Assembly: GCA_019358935.1 (NCBI GenBank)
Contig: JAHHIK010000003.1
Location: 76,461 to 140,460 of the forward strand
Direction of reading: 5' to 3'
DNA: 64,000 bases
From: Tolypothrix carrinoi HA7290-LM1
Lineage (GTDB): Bacteria; Cyanobacteriota; Cyanobacteriia; Cyanobacteriales; Nostocaceae
Made by a program: the position numbers and the translations under genes. Shown in pieces: positions 62,120 through 64,000 of the stretch; the stretch's first letter is position 1, and every line of letters begins with the position of its first letter. Below the pieces are notes generated by a model, which saw nothing but the letters and a program-made list of their open reading frames with translations, had not been told where the DNA came from and did not search any database.

Positions 62120-62815
62120 ATGGCATCTAATTACTACGAAACTCTTAAAGTAAGTCCGAATGCAAGCCAAGCGGAAATTAAGCAGGCTTATCGCCGCTTA
62201 GTGAAATTATTTCATCCGGATACTAATCAACAAACAGCAGACCGCGACCAGATTATACAGATTAATGCAGCATATGAGGTTTTAGGCGACGCACAAAGTC
62301 GCCTAAATTATGACCAAAAACTGCGTGAGAAGTCCCAAAAATCTCAGAGCGATCGCCAACAGCGGACAGCAGCTGCTCAACAACGTTACAAAGCCGCAAG
62401 GCAAACCGGACGCGATATTGATGACCAAATTGAGGCATGGCTGCACCTAGTTTATCAACCAGTCAATCGCTTAGTTAGTGGCATTCTCGATTCTCTAGAA
62501 GACCAAATCGATCAACTAGCTGCCGATCCCTTTGATGATGAACTATTAGAAGAATTCCAGGATTACTTAAACACCTGTCGAAATGACCTCAAGCAAGCGC
62601 AAATTAGTTTTCGTTCCCTACCAAATCCCCCAAGTTTAGCAAGAGCTGCGGCTCACCTCTACTACAGCCTGAATCGGATCGCCGATGGGCTTGACGAGTT
62701 AGAATTTTTCCCTTTGAACTACGACGAACATTATCTGCACACCGGACACGAAATGTTCCGCATCGCCACGAGATTGCACCGCGAGGCGCAAGAATCTATA
62801 GATGTATATGTATAG
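62120..62815 (+). CDS. DnaJ-domain protein
   Basis: J domain with HPD and INAAYEVL. Confidence 0.88.
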   Translation: MASNYYETLKVSPNASQAEIKQAYRRLVKLFHPDTNQQTADRDQIIQINAAYEVLGDAQSRLNYDQKLREKSQKSQSDRQQRTAAAQQRYKAARQTGRDIDDQIEAWLHLVYQPVNRLVSGILDSLEDQIDQLAADPFDDELLEEFQDYLNTCRNDLKQAQISFRSLPNPPSLARAAAHLYYSLNRIADGLDELEFFPLNYDEHYLHTGHEMFRIATRLHREAQESIDVYV

Positions 62816-63026
62816 GGTTAGTTATATGTTAGTAGTTCTTTGTTACTAGTTAGTTGTTATAACCAACAACCATCAGCGCTCCAACGCTCCTTTTGTACAG
62901 ACGTTCCACACCGAACGTCTCTACCTAACCACGCTCCAACGCTCCCACTAACAAACAACAAAGGAATTAGTTATCCTGGAAATAGTGAAAGTTTAAGAAA
63001 TTTTAAATTCTGCTGACAGGATACTC

Positions 63027-63908
63027 ATGCAATGCATTGTTAATCGCCGCGCTCAGTTTTCCGCAAGTCATCGGTATTGGTTACCAGAACTAAGTGAAGC
63101 AGAGAATATTGATAAATTTGGCGCTTGTTCGCGATTTCCCGGACATGGACATAACTATGTTCTATTTGTCTCTTTAGCTGGGGAATTAGATGAATATGGC
63201 ATGGTGGTGAATTTGTCTGATGTGAAACACGTAATTAAGCAAGAAGTTACAAGCCAACTAGACTTTTCTTATCTCAACAATGTGTGGACAGAATTTCAAC
63301 AAACTCTGCCCACTACAGAGAATATTGCACGAGTTATCTGGCAGCGCCTAGCACCCCACTTGCCTGTAGTCCGCGTGCAGTTGTTTGAAAATCCTGAACT
63401 TTGGGCAGATTATATGGGAAACTCAATGGAAGCTTATCTGACTATCAGCACACATTTTAGCGCCGCTCACAGATTGGCTCACCCGAACCTCAGCGATCAA
63501 GAGAACGCGGAGATTTACGGTAAATGCGCTCGGACTCACGGTCACGGACACAACTACCATTTAGAAGTTACCGTCAAAGGAGAAATTGACCCGCGCACGG
63601 GGATGATTGTAGATTTAGGTGCTTTGAATCAAGCGATAGAAGATTATGTTGTCGAACCATTCGACCACACCTTTTTAAACAAAGATATTGCTTACTTTGG
63701 CGAAGTAGTCCCTACTGCTGAGAATATCGCACTTTACATCAGTAATTTGCTGCGATCGCCTATTCAAGAATTGGGAGCAAAGCTTTACAAAGTTAAACTC
63801 ATCGAAAGTCCGAATAACTCCTGCGAAATCTACTGCACCGAGTCAGAATCAAACTCAGCCAGTGCTGTAGAAAATCGTAAGGATTCAGGCCTAAAGTTAA
63901 GGTATTAA
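63027..63908 (+). CDS. queD: Two-domain 6-pyruvoyl-tetrahydropterin / 6-carboxytetrahydropterin synthase
   Basis: Two PTPS domains (FSASH..GHGHNY..PTTEN and FSAAH..GHGHNY..PTAEN); the last 10 or so codons are IS-derived. Confidence 0.85.
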   Translation: MQCIVNRRAQFSASHRYWLPELSEAENIDKFGACSRFPGHGHNYVLFVSLAGELDEYGMVVNLSDVKHVIKQEVTSQLDFSYLNNVWTEFQQTLPTTENIARVIWQRLAPHLPVVRVQLFENPELWADYMGNSMEAYLTISTHFSAAHRLAHPNLSDQENAEIYGKCARTHGHGHNYHLEVTVKGEIDPRTGMIVDLGALNQAIEDYVVEPFDHTFLNKDIAYFGEVVPTAENIALYISNLLRSPIQELGAKLYKVKLIESPNNSCEIYCTESESNSASAVENRKDSGLKLRY

Positions 63909-64000
63909 AGATGGTGCTTGCATATCAGGGTTGACCATTGCTTTCATAGCTTGCTCAAAAAATTCAATTACGGAACGTCCTTGGCGACGGCAAGTTTGTA
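63877..64000 (-). mobile_element. IS66-family element end with transposase 3' end (stop 63897-63899), truncated by the window
   Basis: Terminus GTAAGGATTCAGG (IS66 ends start with GTAA); minus-strand frame QTCRRQGRSVIEFFEQAMKA...PSLIP* resembles IS66 transposase C-termini. Confidence 0.75.

Overview
Chromosomal window from a filamentous, probably heterocyst-forming cyanobacterium (Nostocales-like). Support: dense HIP1 GCGATCGC sites, STRR heptamer tracts, nifH, ccmK3/K4, psbD, desC-desA-desB and a HetZ-related gene. Most of it is housekeeping (bciB, phoX, gyrA, lnt, comB, porin, queD-like, tRNA-Asn), interspersed with many small repeats (GTAG palindromes, TA-ended MITEs, SDR-like elements, some nested four deep) and about ten pseudogenes, several missed by the ORF track. 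The most interesting items are: (1) an unannotated, highly structured ~300-nt transcription unit downstream of psbD with a perfect 11-nt Shine-Dalgarno and a 23-codon ORF; (2) a decayed island at 49.2-52.1 kb, apparently free of HIP1 sites, combining a CrfC-like dynamin fragment, an AAA ATPase, two mutually similar small proteins and a patatin; (3) a GxxExxY nuclease-fold gene bracketed by the same repeat that occurs empty elsewhere; (4) an orphan nifH with NtcA- and CnfR-like sites near Mo-homeostasis genes; (5) a stand-alone psbD with W191F and S282A. An IS66 end interrupts the last codons of the queD-like gene at the window edge. All calls come from reading the sequence and from recalled family motifs; no searches were run.
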